From: an uncultured Hyphomicrobiales bacterium
Lineage (GTDB): Bacteria; Pseudomonadota; Alphaproteobacteria; Rhizobiales; Xanthobacteraceae
Assembly (NCBI GenBank): GCA_964641065.1
Contig: CAZXJZ010000005.1
Span: 92-64,091 of the forward strand
Direction: 5' to 3'
DNA: 64,000 nt
Below the pieces are notes generated by a model, which saw only the letters and a program-made list of their open reading frames with translations, ran no database searches and had not been told where the DNA came from. Below, piece after piece: positions 11,042-20,786 of the stretch; position 1 is the first letter of the stretch; each line of letters begins with the position of its first letter. The position numbers and the translations under genes are program-made.

Positions 11042-12046
11042 TTAGCGCGGCGGCTGCTGCAGCGTGAACATATTGAAGAAATTCGGCGCGGCCGGTTGTG
11101 CGGGCGGAGCGGCGCGCCGGACCGGCCGTCTCACGACTTTCTTCGGGGCTGCGGCCTTTTTTTTCGGAGCGGCCTTGGCTCGTTTCAGCCCCGGCGCAGC
11201 TTTCGGGACCGGAACGGTCTCGATCGACTGCCAGGTCGAACCGACTGAATTGTCCGGCTCCGGCCGGCTTGCGAGCTTGGTCTCCGGCTCCTTGCCTGGC
11301 TGCACATCGGCTTCATTGTCGGCTTTCGCGCCCCGTTCGGCAATCGAGCCGGTGGTGGCCGGCGCCTCGGACGGGGGCGTGTCGGCGGTTATGGCCGGTG
11401 CGGCGGACACGACTGGAGCCCGCAATTCCGGCGGAAGCTCGAGGATCGGCGGATACTGGACCGCGACGCGGATATCCGGCTCGGGCGCGGGCTTCGGCGC
11501 TTCGGTCACGGCAATGGCTGGGGCCGGTGCTGGCGGTGCGGGTTCCGGCTTTGCTGCCTCCGGCGGTGCGGACTGCGGTGTTGCGGTCTCCGCCGGTGCG
11601 GCTTGCGGCGTTACGACTTGTGGAGTTACCACTTGTGGCGTTACGGCCTGCGGCAATGCGGCGTCCAATGGCGCGGCTGCCGGCGATGACGTCGCCGCTC
11701 TCTCGACCGGTGATTTTGTCGTATCGATGGCTGATGTCCGAACCGGCGCTGCTTCCGGTTCCGATGGCTTCTCCGCTACGGGGAATTCATGGGTCACGTC
11801 GCGAACCGGGTTGCGCAGGGCTTTCGCCGTGACCGCGAAATCAAGCGCCAAGGGTTCCGGCTGGCGTGTCGGTGCAGGCCAGCTCAACGCAATCCGGTTG
11901 ACGGGTGTGGCGTCAAGAGCGGCGATCGAGTCGGTGCTCTTCTTCGGTTCGCTGATCAGCCGCGATGACGCGTAGAAGCCGACGCCCACCGTTAGCACGA
12001 AGGTCGATATCACGGCAGCGATGACGATCCGAAGATCGGGAAGCAT
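11042..12046 (-). CDS. Pro/Ala-rich membrane-anchored hypothetical protein
   Basis: N-terminal TM (IVIAAVISTFVLTVGVGFY), long low-complexity region, K/R-rich C-terminus; start chosen at ATG 12046. Confidence 0.75.
   Translation of the reverse strand: MLPDLRIVIAAVISTFVLTVGVGFYASSRLISEPKKSTDSIAALDATPVNRIALSWPAPTRQPEPLALDFAVTAKALRNPVRDVTHEFPVAEKPSEPEAAPVRTSAIDTTKSPVERAATSSPAAAPLDAALPQAVTPQVVTPQVVTPQAAPAETATPQSAPPEAAKPEPAPPAPAPAIAVTEAPKPAPEPDIRVAVQYPPILELPPELRAPVVSAAPAITADTPPSEAPATTGSIAERGAKADNEADVQPGKEPETKLASRPEPDNSVGSTWQSIETVPVPKAAPGLKRAKAAPKKKAAAPKKVVRRPVRRAAPPAQPAAPNFFNMFTLQQPPR
11604..11648 (-). repeat. Coding 15-bp tandem repeat x3 (encodes VTPQV)
   Basis: tgcggcgttacgact / tgtggagttaccact / tgtggcgttacggcc on the + strand. 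Confidence 0.8.
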
Positions 12047-12334
12047 TTGCGAATCCGGCAGCCATAAACCGATGGTTCGCCCGAACGGGCGCAGCACGCA
12101 CGACACCAGAGCTAAGAAAGCTGGCGCACCAGCGCCGCATCATGGTCGCGATAGCTGTAAAGGCCGACGGACCGCCGACCTCATCGACGAATCCTTTCTG
12201 ATTCGTGCGGGGCCGTCATGCAAATATTGGGACAAAAGAATGTCGGGGACGGACCTGATATAAGCTTGAGAACTCGCAGGAACATTGGGTCCCGCGAATT
12301 CCCTGATCGGCCTGTCAGCGCGACGAAGCGCGGC

Positions 12335-13522
12335 TCAGCGAGCCGCAGTGCTGCCCGGTGCGCGCGGACCCTTGCCGTCGCCGCGCACCACGACCTTGGT
12401 GCCGACCTTGACCCGCGAATAGAGGTCCATGACGTCTTCGTTCAGCATGCGAATGCAGCCCGAGGATACGAACTGGCCGATCGTCGACGGCTGGTTGGTG
12501 CCGTGCACGCGGTAGATCGTCTTGCCGAGATAGAGAGCGCGTGCTCCCATCGGATTGCTTTCGCCGCCGGCCATGAAGCGCGGCAGATAGGGCTGGCGCT
12601 CGATCATTTCCGAGGGCGGATGCCAGTCAGGCCATTCCGCCATGCGGGTGACCTTCTCGGTTCCGGCCCAGGTGAAGCCATCGCGTCCGACTCCGATTCC
12701 GTAGCGGATCGCAGTGCCATCGCCGTTCACGTAATAAAGGAAGGTGCTGGGCGTATCGATGATGATCGTGCCGGCCGGTTCCTTGGTCTGATAGTCGACG
12801 ATCTGTCGCCGGAATTGCGGCGGCAGTTCCTTCGGCTTGCCGACTTCCGGCTGGTCTTCCGGCGGCAATGCCGCGATCACGGCCGGCGGAATCGAGCCGG
12901 TGGTGCCGGGATAGCCTGAGCGGCCGGCCTCAATTCCCATCGGCGGGCGGGGCGCGCCGTAGCGCGGGTCGTTCGGACCCGACAAAGGTCCGGCTGCCGG
13001 CGGCGCGTAGGTCCCTTGAGGAGCACCGTAAGCGGCCGGCGGCTGTTGTGCGCCATAGGCTACAGGGGGCTGCGCGCCATAGGCTGCCGGAGGCTGGGCA
13101 CCATAAGCGACCGGGGGCTGAGCGCCGTAAGCGGCCGGTGGCGGGGAATAGGCGGCCGGCGCTTCGCGGTAAGCCGGTCCATAACCCGGAGCAGGGCTCG
13201 CATAGTTGCGATCCGGCGGCGGCGGCAAAGTTCCGGCCGGCGCCGACACCCGCGGATGCAAATCGTACGGATAGGCCCCGCGCTCACGATCGTTGGCTGG
13301 GGGCAGCTGCTGGCTGCTGATCGACGGGTCGTAGGGACGCTGAGTCGCTATTCCCGGAGGCGGCAAGCGGCCATCATCATCATCGTCGTCGTCGAGCGTG
13401 ATGACGCCGTTCCGCTCGCCACCGCGATAACCGCCCGGCGGATAGGAATATTGCGCCCATACCGGCTCTGCGATGGCGACGCCAAGTGTCGCGAGCGAAG
13501 ACAATAAAACCAGACGCCGCAT
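12335..13522 (-). CDS. L,D-transpeptidase (YkuD/ErfK) with long Pro/Tyr/Gly/Ala-rich N-terminal linker
   Basis: Signal peptide; IRYGIGVGRDG, NPMGARALYL, YRVHGTN...VSSGCIRM catalytic His/Cys. Confidence 0.95.
   Translation of the reverse strand: MRRLVLLSSLATLGVAIAEPVWAQYSYPPGGYRGGERNGVITLDDDDDDDGRLPPPGIATQRPYDPSISSQQLPPANDRERGAYPYDLHPRVSAPAGTLPPPPDRNYASPAPGYGPAYREAPAAYSPPPAAYGAQPPVAYGAQPPAAYGAQPPVAYGAQQPPAAYGAPQGTYAPPAAGPLSGPNDPRYGAPRPPMGIEAGRSGYPGTTGSIPPAVIAALPPEDQPEVGKPKELPPQFRRQIVDYQTKEPAGTIIIDTPSTFLYYVNGDGTAIRYGIGVGRDGFTWAGTEKVTRMAEWPDWHPPSEMIERQPYLPRFMAGGESNPMGARALYLGKTIYRVHGTNQPSTIGQFVSSGCIRMLNEDVMDLYSRVKVGTKVVVRGDGKGPRAPGSTAAR
13022..13160 (-). repeat. Coding 24-bp repeat (QPP[AV]AYGA x5-6)
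   Basis: PPPAAYGA QPPVAYGA QPPAAYGA QPPVAYGA QQPPAAYGA in the translation. Confidence 0.85.
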
Positions 13523-13636
13523 GCCGCTTAAGTCCCCCGTCCGTCTCGAACTGTCGTTAGCCTATGCTGGATAGATTAGGCAGCATGAAGGCGTGGTAAA
13601 GGCCGCCATAAAACAACGAATTTGTGATCCGGCCGT

Positions 13637-14479
13637 TTATTCGGTCGAGAAGCCGCGGTTCCTGACATAGGCGCCGAAATCCCGTCGCTGCGGCTGCGCA
13701 TAATGGCGGGCTTTCTCCTCCGACCACCCGTATTCCGGCGCCTGACCCCAGATTCCGCTGTCGCGCTGCTCGCGATAGGGCGCTGCCTTTTCCCTGCGCC
13801 GGTCATAGGCCCCGAGCTCGGTCGCGAAGTCATGGTCGCCGAACCGGTCGCGGTGGACGGTCATGGTCAGCGGCAGCCGCGGTGACATCCGTCCCTGGTC
13901 CGAGGGCCAGCCGAGGCAAAGTCCGGCAAACGGGATCACCCGTTCCGGCAGGGCGAGCAGTTCGCCGATCCGCGCCGCATGGTCGCGAATGACGCTGATC
14001 GGGCAGGTGCCGAGACCCATCGCTTCCGCCGCGATGACGGCTGTCGCCAATGCGATCGCGGCGTCGCTGGCGGCATTGAAGACAAGGTCGAAGTGATTGT
14101 TCGGAAAAGGTTTCCCGCGCAATTCCGCGATTGCCGGAAGACGGCGCCCATTGGCCAGGAAGACCAGGAAGGCGGGGGCGGTGCCGACCCACGGCATGTC
14201 CGGGATCAGGGCCGCGATGTTGCGCCGGATGTCCGCGTCTTCCACCACCACGATGTCGCGCTGCTGCAGGTCGCTTTTCGAGGGCGCTGACAGCGCGCAG
14301 GCACAAATCAGGCGAACCATCGCCCCATCCAAAGGTTGTGCGGAATAACGCCGCAGGACGCGATGTTTGACGATTGGTTCGACGCGATCGAGGCCGGGCC
14401 AGGATGGATCGACCGGCACCTTCTCACCGAAACGGTCCTGCAGCAGAGATTCGATCTGTTCGGCAAGGGTCACTGGCAT
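13637..14479 (-). CDS. Nitroreductase family protein (NfsA/Frp-like)
   Basis: HRVLRRYS, LSAPSKSDLQQ, AEAMGLGTCPISVIR, GLCLGWP, PRLP; GGAG RBS before ATG 14479. Confidence 0.9.
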   Translation of the reverse strand: MPVTLAEQIESLLQDRFGEKVPVDPSWPGLDRVEPIVKHRVLRRYSAQPLDGAMVRLICACALSAPSKSDLQQRDIVVVEDADIRRNIAALIPDMPWVGTAPAFLVFLANGRRLPAIAELRGKPFPNNHFDLVFNAASDAAIALATAVIAAEAMGLGTCPISVIRDHAARIGELLALPERVIPFAGLCLGWPSDQGRMSPRLPLTMTVHRDRFGDHDFATELGAYDRRREKAAPYREQRDSGIWGQAPEYGWSEEKARHYAQPQRRDFGAYVRNRGFSTE

Positions 14480-14538
14480 CTCCGGGGGTGGCCTGCTCTT
14501 ACGGACCGCCAACGTAGGCGCAAAAGGGAAAATGGCGA

Positions 14539-15504
14539 ATGCCATCGATGAGCGACTGGAAAATTGCCGCGGCCGTGCAGCCCAGACCCGACGATTATGC
14601 CTACGACCTCGATCGCGCCCTGCAATCGGTGGTCGGCCTGCGCGCGACAATGCCTCCGGATGCATTCACGGCGGACACCTTGGGCACAGAGCGGGCCGGA
14701 CACGGTGTGCTGATCCGCGACAGCGGACTGATCCTCACCATTGGCTATCTGATTACGGAGGCAGAGCAGATCTGGCTGCATCTCGCCGACGGCCGCGCCG
14801 TTCCGGGGACGGTCATTGGCTTCGACGCCGTGAGCGGATTTGGGCTGGTCCAGGCGCTGGGGCGTGTCGATCTGCCGGCTCTGCCGCTAGGAGACTCAGC
14901 CACCGTCGCGCTTGGCGACCGGGTGGTCCTTGGTGGTGCCGGCGGCCGCAAGCGGTCGGTCGCGGCGCGGGTGGTCGGCAAGCAGGAATTCGCCGGCTAT
15001 TGGGAATACGTGCTGGACGAGGCGATTTTCACCGCGCCGTCGCACCCGAATTGGGGCGGGACGGCGCTGATCGGCGAAACCGGAGAGCTGCTGGGCATCG
15101 GATCGCTACAGCTTGAGGGCAGCACGGGCAGCGACATCAACATGGTCGTCCCGATCAATCTGCTGAAGCCGGTGCTCGACGACATGCTCACCTACGGCGC
15201 AAGAAACGAACCGCCACGTCCGTGGCTTGGGATGTATGTTGCCGATTCCGACGAGAAACTGGTGGTGATGGGACTGGCCGGCCGCGGTCCCGCGCAGCGT
15301 GCGAAGGTCGAGACGGGCGACATCGTGCTTGCGGTCGGCGGGACGAAGGTGGCGAGCCTCGCCGATCTGTTCCGGAGAATCTGGGCGATCGGAGCTGCGG
15401 GAGTCGACGTGCCGCTGACGCTCTCGCGCGAGCAACGCACTGTCGACATCATCGTCAAGTCGGCAGACCGCAGCAGGTTTCTGAAGACGCCGCGCATGCA
15501 TTGA
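14539..15504 (+). CDS. S1C-family serine protease-like protein with C-terminal PDZ domain
   Basis: GHGVLIRDSGLILTIGYLITEA, GFDAVSGFGLV, GELLGIGS, RPWLG, GPAQRAKVETGDIVLAVGG; canonical catalytic GNSGG appears as NWGG. Confidence 0.85.
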   Translation: MPSMSDWKIAAAVQPRPDDYAYDLDRALQSVVGLRATMPPDAFTADTLGTERAGHGVLIRDSGLILTIGYLITEAEQIWLHLADGRAVPGTVIGFDAVSGFGLVQALGRVDLPALPLGDSATVALGDRVVLGGAGGRKRSVAARVVGKQEFAGYWEYVLDEAIFTAPSHPNWGGTALIGETGELLGIGSLQLEGSTGSDINMVVPINLLKPVLDDMLTYGARNEPPRPWLGMYVADSDEKLVVMGLAGRGPAQRAKVETGDIVLAVGGTKVASLADLFRRIWAIGAAGVDVPLTLSREQRTVDIIVKSADRSRFLKTPRMH

Positions 15505-15543
15505 CGCTGGCGGTTGAGTTTTCGCCGCGCGGGAAAGCGGGGG

Positions 15544-16377
15544 CTATTTGCCGGATGCGGCGTAGGCCGTCGTCTCGAACTGATCGGCCTGAAGCACCAT
15601 GTTGCCGATCAGGCTCGCGACCGAAAAGCGGATCGGGGCGAGAATGCGCGTGCCGGTGACGGGAACGAGCCACACCTCGATGTCGCGGCCTTCCGACAGG
15701 AACTTGATCAGTTGGCTCGATGATCGATGGCCGGACATCGGCGTGAACTTGATGGCGCAAACCAGCGCGGCCTTCTGCCGGCCGCCTTCGCCCTTGATCA
15801 TGTCGGTTCGCTTGAATGACAGCGCGAGATCGTAGCGGCGGCGCCCGTCGAACATCGACAGCGTTCGCTCGCATGCCTGGCGCGACAGCGCGTCGGCTGG
15901 GCCCGGCTCGGTACCCGGAATCAGAAAAGCCGACAATGGGTCGATGACGCCGATCTTGTGCGACGGCGCTATCGGGACCCGATCGGACTCGAGCGGCGGC
16001 TCCTCGACCTTGAGGTCGCGCACCCGCGCGCCATCGAAGGTGATCTGCACATTGACCTTCTCGTCCTCGCGCACGACGTCGGAGACGAAGCTGACAGATT
16101 CCGGTTGCCCGTCCTTGATCCGTCCCCTGGCCATGACGGTGCCTTCGCCCTTGACAAGGAGACTGAGGAAGCCGCTGACCCCGCCCTTGGCCGAGGTGGT
16201 ATAGTCGGAAGGGGCGAGCTGGGCGCGCCAGGTCAGTTTCCCGATCGCGATCCCGGCCATGGTTAGCGTGTAGCGCGCGTCAAACTGCGCCTGCGCAGAT
16301 GCAGGACCGGCAATGCCGGTCGCAATCGCCAGGGCTGCGACCGGCGCAAGGATTGCGGTTGCGAATGTCGGCGCCAT
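15544..16377 (-). CDS. DUF3108-family secreted protein
   Basis: Signal peptide; GVIDPLSA, CERTLSMFDGRRRYDL, IEVWLVP. Confidence 0.75.
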   Translation of the reverse strand: MAPTFATAILAPVAALAIATGIAGPASAQAQFDARYTLTMAGIAIGKLTWRAQLAPSDYTTSAKGGVSGFLSLLVKGEGTVMARGRIKDGQPESVSFVSDVVREDEKVNVQITFDGARVRDLKVEEPPLESDRVPIAPSHKIGVIDPLSAFLIPGTEPGPADALSRQACERTLSMFDGRRRYDLALSFKRTDMIKGEGGRQKAALVCAIKFTPMSGHRSSSQLIKFLSEGRDIEVWLVPVTGTRILAPIRFSVASLIGNMVLQADQFETTAYAASGK

Positions 16378-16516
16378 CAATGTCGCCGCCCGCGGCGGCA
16401 ATCCCTCGTCACTCGTTCAGCTCCGGGAACTATAGGAGACCGCTGCACCGATTGCTTCCGGAACTTGCCGGGCACGTCGGCCGCCGGCCGGCACGGTTAA
16501 CTGCCGCGCTCCCAGC

Positions 16517-16888
16517 TCATTCGGCGGCCTGGATCAACTCGATCGCGTCCACCCGGCTGGAATAGAAGGCCAAATGGCCGGCTATGTCACGCACGGCATC
16601 AAATGGGGCTTCGTAGGTCCAGATCGCGTTGGCGGACATGCGGCCATCGACCGCGATCGAATAATAGGCTGCGTCACCCTTGTAGGGACAATGCGTCGTG
16701 TGATCGGTGCGCGACAGCGCGCTCATGTCGACATCCGCGCGGGGAATATAGTGAACCACCGGGTAGGCGGCTTCCCGGAGCGCCAGCGCACGGCGCGAAT
16801 CCGCAATCACCCGGCCGCCATGTGTGATGCGTATCCGATGGCCGGCCGGCTGGATGGTGATGGGGTGGTTGGCGTCGGGGAGCTTCAT
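16517..16888 (-). CDS. DUF427 (NTP_transf_9) family protein
   Basis: VIADSRRALALRE, YIPRADVDM, THCPYKGDAAYYS, WTYEAP, LAFY. Confidence 0.9.
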   Translation of the reverse strand: MKLPDANHPITIQPAGHRIRITHGGRVIADSRRALALREAAYPVVHYIPRADVDMSALSRTDHTTHCPYKGDAAYYSIAVDGRMSANAIWTYEAPFDAVRDIAGHLAFYSSRVDAIELIQAAE

Positions 16889-17041
16889 TCAACCTGCCTC
16901 TCGCGTCGCGGTGGGCCGGAGATAGGGGCGGCGGCGCTCGCCCAGAATAGCGGGTCCAGCGATTTGTCGCAGGTTCCCGAAATCGACGCCGGCCAGGCCC
17001 CGCCATTGCAGGTGCGGACCGGAGAGAGCTAACATTTTCAG

Positions 17042-17118
17042 TGGCGCACCCGACACGATTCGAACGTGTGACCTTTGCCTTCGGAGGGCAACGCTCTATC
17101 CAGCTGAGCTACGGGTGC
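17042..17118 (-). tRNA. tRNA-Arg(CCG)
   Basis: GCACCCGTAGCTCAGCTGGATAGAGCGTTGCCCTCCGAAGGCAAAGGTCACACGTTCGAATCGTGTCGGGTGCGCCA: anticodon stem TTGCC/GGCAA, loop CTCCGAA, TTCGAA T-loop, encoded CCA. Confidence 0.98.
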
Positions 17119-17129
17119 TTCGGGGGCCT

Positions 17130-17158
17130 ACATAGCCCAAGCCACGCCCGCGCGGCAA
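17130..17158 (-). promoter_or_regulatory. Probable tRNA promoter
   Basis: Minus strand TTGCCG-N17-CTATGT, 11 nt upstream of the tRNA 5' end. Confidence 0.55.
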
Positions 17159-17254
17159 TGCCTCGCTTTTTGGCACGGAAAAGCGCGCAATCGCGTGCCG
17201 TATCGCCGTTTTGGCCGCTTTGCCCAGCGGGTCGCGCAGCCGCGGATACGCGAG

Positions 17255-17294
17255 TTTACGTTCCGTAAACCATACGCGGTTATCCATTCATTAA
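17255..17294. promoter_or_regulatory. Two degenerate CtrA-type boxes upstream of the porin gene
   Basis: TTTA-N7-TAAACCAT (17255-17273) and TTAT-N7-TTAA (17280-17294). Confidence 0.4.
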
Positions 17295-17392
17295 GCATAA
17301 CTGCACCGGCAGGCCGGGAAGCCGCTGCTCATCGATGGTGGGTCGCGGCGTGCCTTTGGGCTCGACGTGCGGCCGGATTTCGGGGGCCGAAG

Positions 17393-18118
17393 ATGCAACG
17401 AGTCGTTCCTGCCGTCGTCGGTGCGATGGTCGCATCACTGGGCCTTGCCGGAAGCGCGCGGGCGGCGGATGTCCCCCAGGGCTATGTCGTGCCCGCGCCG
17501 GCAGCCTCCCTGTACAACTGGACCGGCATCTATGTCGGCGGCCAGGGCGGCTATAGCTGGGGCACCTTCGACATCAATCCTCGCGGCACAGACATCGATG
17601 GCTGGTTCGCCGGCGGGCAGATCGGCTTCAACTGGCAGAATGGCCGATCGCCCTGGGTGTTCGGTATCGAAGTCGATTCCGCTTTCGGCAATATTGAGCG
17701 CGACGTCGACCGCATCACCGTCAATACGTTCGCCAGCGCATACAGCAAGGTCAATTACTTCGGCACCGCGCGCGCCAGGATTGGCTACGCCATCGACCGC
17801 GCGATGATTTACGGCACCGGCGGCCTGGCCTGGGCGCACAGCGAGCTCGGGTATTACGTCAACTGGCAACAACTGAGCGGTTACGCGACATCGAACAACA
17901 GCCATATCGGCTTTGTCGCCGGCGCGGGCTTCGAGTGGGCGCTGTCGCGCAGCTGGACGATGAAAGTCGAATATCTCTACACCGGATTCGGCGCCGAAAA
18001 TTATCTGGCCGGAACGGTTCCGGGCGGCATCAACGCCGATCTCGGATTCAGCACCGGCAGGCTCGGGGTCAATTACATTTTCGACTGGGGACGGCCGTTT
18101 GTCGGTCCGAAATACTGA
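17393..18118 (+). CDS. Outer-membrane beta-barrel protein, Omp25/RopB/Omp31 family
   Basis: Signal peptide ending ARA-AD; NWTGIYVGGQGGYSWG, GTARARIGYA, GAGFEWAL, KVEYLY; start at ATG 17393. Confidence 0.92.
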   Translation: MQRVVPAVVGAMVASLGLAGSARAADVPQGYVVPAPAASLYNWTGIYVGGQGGYSWGTFDINPRGTDIDGWFAGGQIGFNWQNGRSPWVFGIEVDSAFGNIERDVDRITVNTFASAYSKVNYFGTARARIGYAIDRAMIYGTGGLAWAHSELGYYVNWQQLSGYATSNNSHIGFVAGAGFEWALSRSWTMKVEYLYTGFGAENYLAGTVPGGINADLGFSTGRLGVNYIFDWGRPFVGPKY

Positions 18119-18371
18119 CCGACGCGCGTTTTCGTATTAACCCCGACTTGCCGAGGCTGCGCGCAGCGCACTAATTCTTGCTTTCGGCTTCACGTCATCT
18201 CGATGAAGCGTGCCGAGCGGCGCGGCTGGTTTGTCGTGCCGACCAGACCGCGGTCGTGTGAACGCAGCCCGCGATGAGCTGCTGAAGCATCCGCTGTTGC
18301 CGGTGTTGTTCAGACGCGCGCGCGGAGACACGCCGTCTGCCGGTGCTCGCAGGCTCCGGGATCAGTCCGCG

Positions 18372-20786
18372 TCAGGATGCGCCGCGTGCGAGAATTCCGG
18401 ATCGTGATTTGCGTCCTGCGCCAGCGTCGCCCGTCGTGTGGTCCCATCCACCCGGGGGGGTGGCGACGACAACGGCCTCTTTCGGCTGCACCTTCGGCGT
18501 AAACTGCTGAACGGCGGTTCGGGCGCTGGCCAGGAGTGCCGGTTCGAGTTTGCTGCCGATTTCATCGCGATGTCGTGCGGCCTCGCGGTCGCCCTGAATT
18601 GCCGCCAGCGCGAACCATTTGTAGGCTTCCTGATGACTCTGGTCGATGCCGATGCCGCGCATCAGCAGAACGGCCAGATTGTACTGACTGTCTGCAATGC
18701 CGCGTTCAGCCGCACGCTGGAACCAGCGCGATGCCGTCTTGTAGTCGCGCCGGCCATCGATCCCTTCGGCGTAGAGCACGGCGAGATTGTGCATCGCCTT
18801 GGCGTTGCCTTTCTCGGCCGCGGCGAGGTAGTGCGTGCGAGCCAGCGCAAGATCCTTGTCCACGCCCTGACCTTTTTCGTACAGGCTTCCGATCCACAGA
18901 TGCGCGGGGATAATGCCTGACTTTGCCGCACGCCTGAGCCAGCGCAGACCTTCCTCGGCATTCACGGGTGCGGAATTGCCTTCGACGAGTCTGACGCCGA
19001 CTTCGTATTCGGCTGCAGGCTTGCCTTTGGCTGCTTCGGCGCGAAGTTGCGACGGAAGAGTCTCCGGCAACGGCAGGGAGGGTTCACGCGCGGCTTCGCG
19101 CGCCCCGGCCGCGACAGGGACCGGCCGGCCGATCACGCCGGTGTTCTCGTTGTCACCGGCGGCCAAAGCCGTTTGCTGAACCTGCCGTTCCGGTGACGGC
19201 GAGATCGTTTCCGGAGCTTGCGATCGCGCCAGGTCCGGGACCTCCTGCTCGGCAAGGTCCGTCCGGTCCACGGGCGTCTTGGCGACAGTAGCCTGCAATG
19301 CGCCGGCTTTCGAGATTTCCGGCAGCGAAAAATCGGTCAGTTGCATCGAAACTCGGCCCGCGACAGCAGCAAGTGCGATTACCACCAGGCTGAAGATCAG
19401 CGGGCGGATCGGGATGACGATCGCTCGCCTTTGCATCTGCGGCTCGTCGTCTCCGGCCAGATCAGCATAGGCGGCGTGGTCATGACGGCCAGCTTGCGGA
19501 AAGTCGCGGTCATAGTCGTACGCAACGCCACGGAGGCTTCTCGTTGCAGGATGACGTCCGTCGGTCGGGCTCGCGTAATCCGGAGCGGAATCGTGCCGCG
19601 CGAGCGCAGTCCGCGGCTCGCGCGGTGTTCGCAGATTGAGTGCAAGCTGGCCGACCAGTCGCGAGAGCGTGTCGTGGGCTTCCTGCAGCGCGTCCTGCGC
19701 GCTCCTGTCACCGGCCGGAATACCTGGCTCATGAGCCGGAGCAGCGAATGCCGGAGCCTCCTTCTGCAACGCATCAAGCCTGAGATTGATATCTTTCAGG
19801 CTGCGTTCGATCGAAGCGGGCAGGGTCTCCGCGGATGTCGGCGCAGGCTTCGCAGGTTCGCGACGAGGACTGTCTGAAATCGCCAAACGGTCGCACCTTG
19901 CGATAAGCCCGCGCACTTCCTCAGACAGTGCATTCAAGGTGTCTGCCGACGAGGCGAGCTGCGCAATGGCGTTCAGGGAAGAGATGACGGCTTCGATCTG
20001 GGGTTTCGGCGAGACCTGCCGGGTACCCTGTCCCGGGCTGAGGCGCTGCGTGAGGTTCTGCAGCGCTGTGTGGAACGCCGTAAGACTTTCGCGCGGCTTC
20101 AAATGGTGCAGAACCTCGCGAACGTCGCACAATCCCTGTTCGATCGGCGCGAGACGGTCGGGCTCGACGCCCGACTTTCGGCTTGCGTCGATACGCTGAA
20201 CGAGCGTGGCGATGCCGCCTTCGAGAGTCTCGATCGTGCGGAACGGGATCGCGCGCATCAATGGTGCGACGATGTCATCCAGGGTCTGTTGCACCTGTCC
20301 TGCGGCGGCTGCCGGAGCGGCGGCGTGATGCCGCACCGCTTCGATCCCGGCGGTCAGGGCACGCAATTGTCCGTCCAGTGCCGGCGGTGTCTGGGCGACC
20401 GGCGCCGCATGGGACCTGCTGTCGGAAGCCCGGGCGCGAGACTGCAGCCACCACAAGCCGCTCCGACGCGTGGTGTCTGATTGAACGGCTGCGACATAGG
20501 CGCCGTGAGAGGGCTGCGGTTCGGCCCGGTCCCGGCTTGGGAAACGATATGCAGACGGACCCGCCGGCGCCGGCTGGCGAGTTTGTGCCGTGCTGGGAAA
20601 CGCGAAGCTGGGGGCTGCGTCGAAGGGGTATTGGCGCGGATAGCCGAAGGCGGCGTCCGGCTGACCTTGCTGCCGTCGCGTAGCGGCAGCGGCGAGGCCG
20701 TCATCGGCCGGACCATACGGATGCGTAACGGGCGCCCGCCATCCATTCTGCGCGAAATGCTCGTTTGTCGACCCGCGCCTGTTCAT
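18372..20786 (-). CDS. PodJ-like polar localisation factor (coiled-coil + TM + 3 Sel1 repeats)
   Basis: Coiled-coil N-terminal region, TM PLIFSLVVIALAAVAG, Sel1 repeats (AEYEVG, AHLWIGSLYEKGQGV, AMHNLAVLYAEG, SQYNLAVLLMRGIG), PodJ-like tail QPKEAVVVATPPGGWD; start uncertain. Confidence 0.75.
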   Translation of the reverse strand: MNRRGSTNEHFAQNGWRAPVTHPYGPADDGLAAAATRRQQGQPDAAFGYPRQYPFDAAPSFAFPSTAQTRQPAPAGPSAYRFPSRDRAEPQPSHGAYVAAVQSDTTRRSGLWWLQSRARASDSRSHAAPVAQTPPALDGQLRALTAGIEAVRHHAAAPAAAAGQVQQTLDDIVAPLMRAIPFRTIETLEGGIATLVQRIDASRKSGVEPDRLAPIEQGLCDVREVLHHLKPRESLTAFHTALQNLTQRLSPGQGTRQVSPKPQIEAVISSLNAIAQLASSADTLNALSEEVRGLIARCDRLAISDSPRREPAKPAPTSAETLPASIERSLKDINLRLDALQKEAPAFAAPAHEPGIPAGDRSAQDALQEAHDTLSRLVGQLALNLRTPREPRTALARHDSAPDYASPTDGRHPATRSLRGVAYDYDRDFPQAGRHDHAAYADLAGDDEPQMQRRAIVIPIRPLIFSLVVIALAAVAGRVSMQLTDFSLPEISKAGALQATVAKTPVDRTDLAEQEVPDLARSQAPETISPSPERQVQQTALAAGDNENTGVIGRPVPVAAGAREAAREPSLPLPETLPSQLRAEAAKGKPAAEYEVGVRLVEGNSAPVNAEEGLRWLRRAAKSGIIPAHLWIGSLYEKGQGVDKDLALARTHYLAAAEKGNAKAMHNLAVLYAEGIDGRRDYKTASRWFQRAAERGIADSQYNLAVLLMRGIGIDQSHQEAYKWFALAAIQGDREAARHRDEIGSKLEPALLASARTAVQQFTPKVQPKEAVVVATPPGGWDHTTGDAGAGRKSRSGILARGAS

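Noticed and set aside
14539-15504. Possible pseudogene because the protease catalytic motif reads NWGG instead of NSGG
   Set aside because: The ORF is intact with normal codon usage. A divergent or non-catalytic S1C subfamily is more likely, but this cannot be decided without alignment.
17042-17118. tRNA-Arg(CCG) as an integration site for the polysaccharide locus
   Set aside because: No integrase and no duplicated tRNA 3' end seen. The tRNA 3' end points away from the locus.
17172-17190. Sigma54-like TGGCAC sites (17175, 23115, 47529)
   Set aside because: None has the required TTGC at the -12 position.
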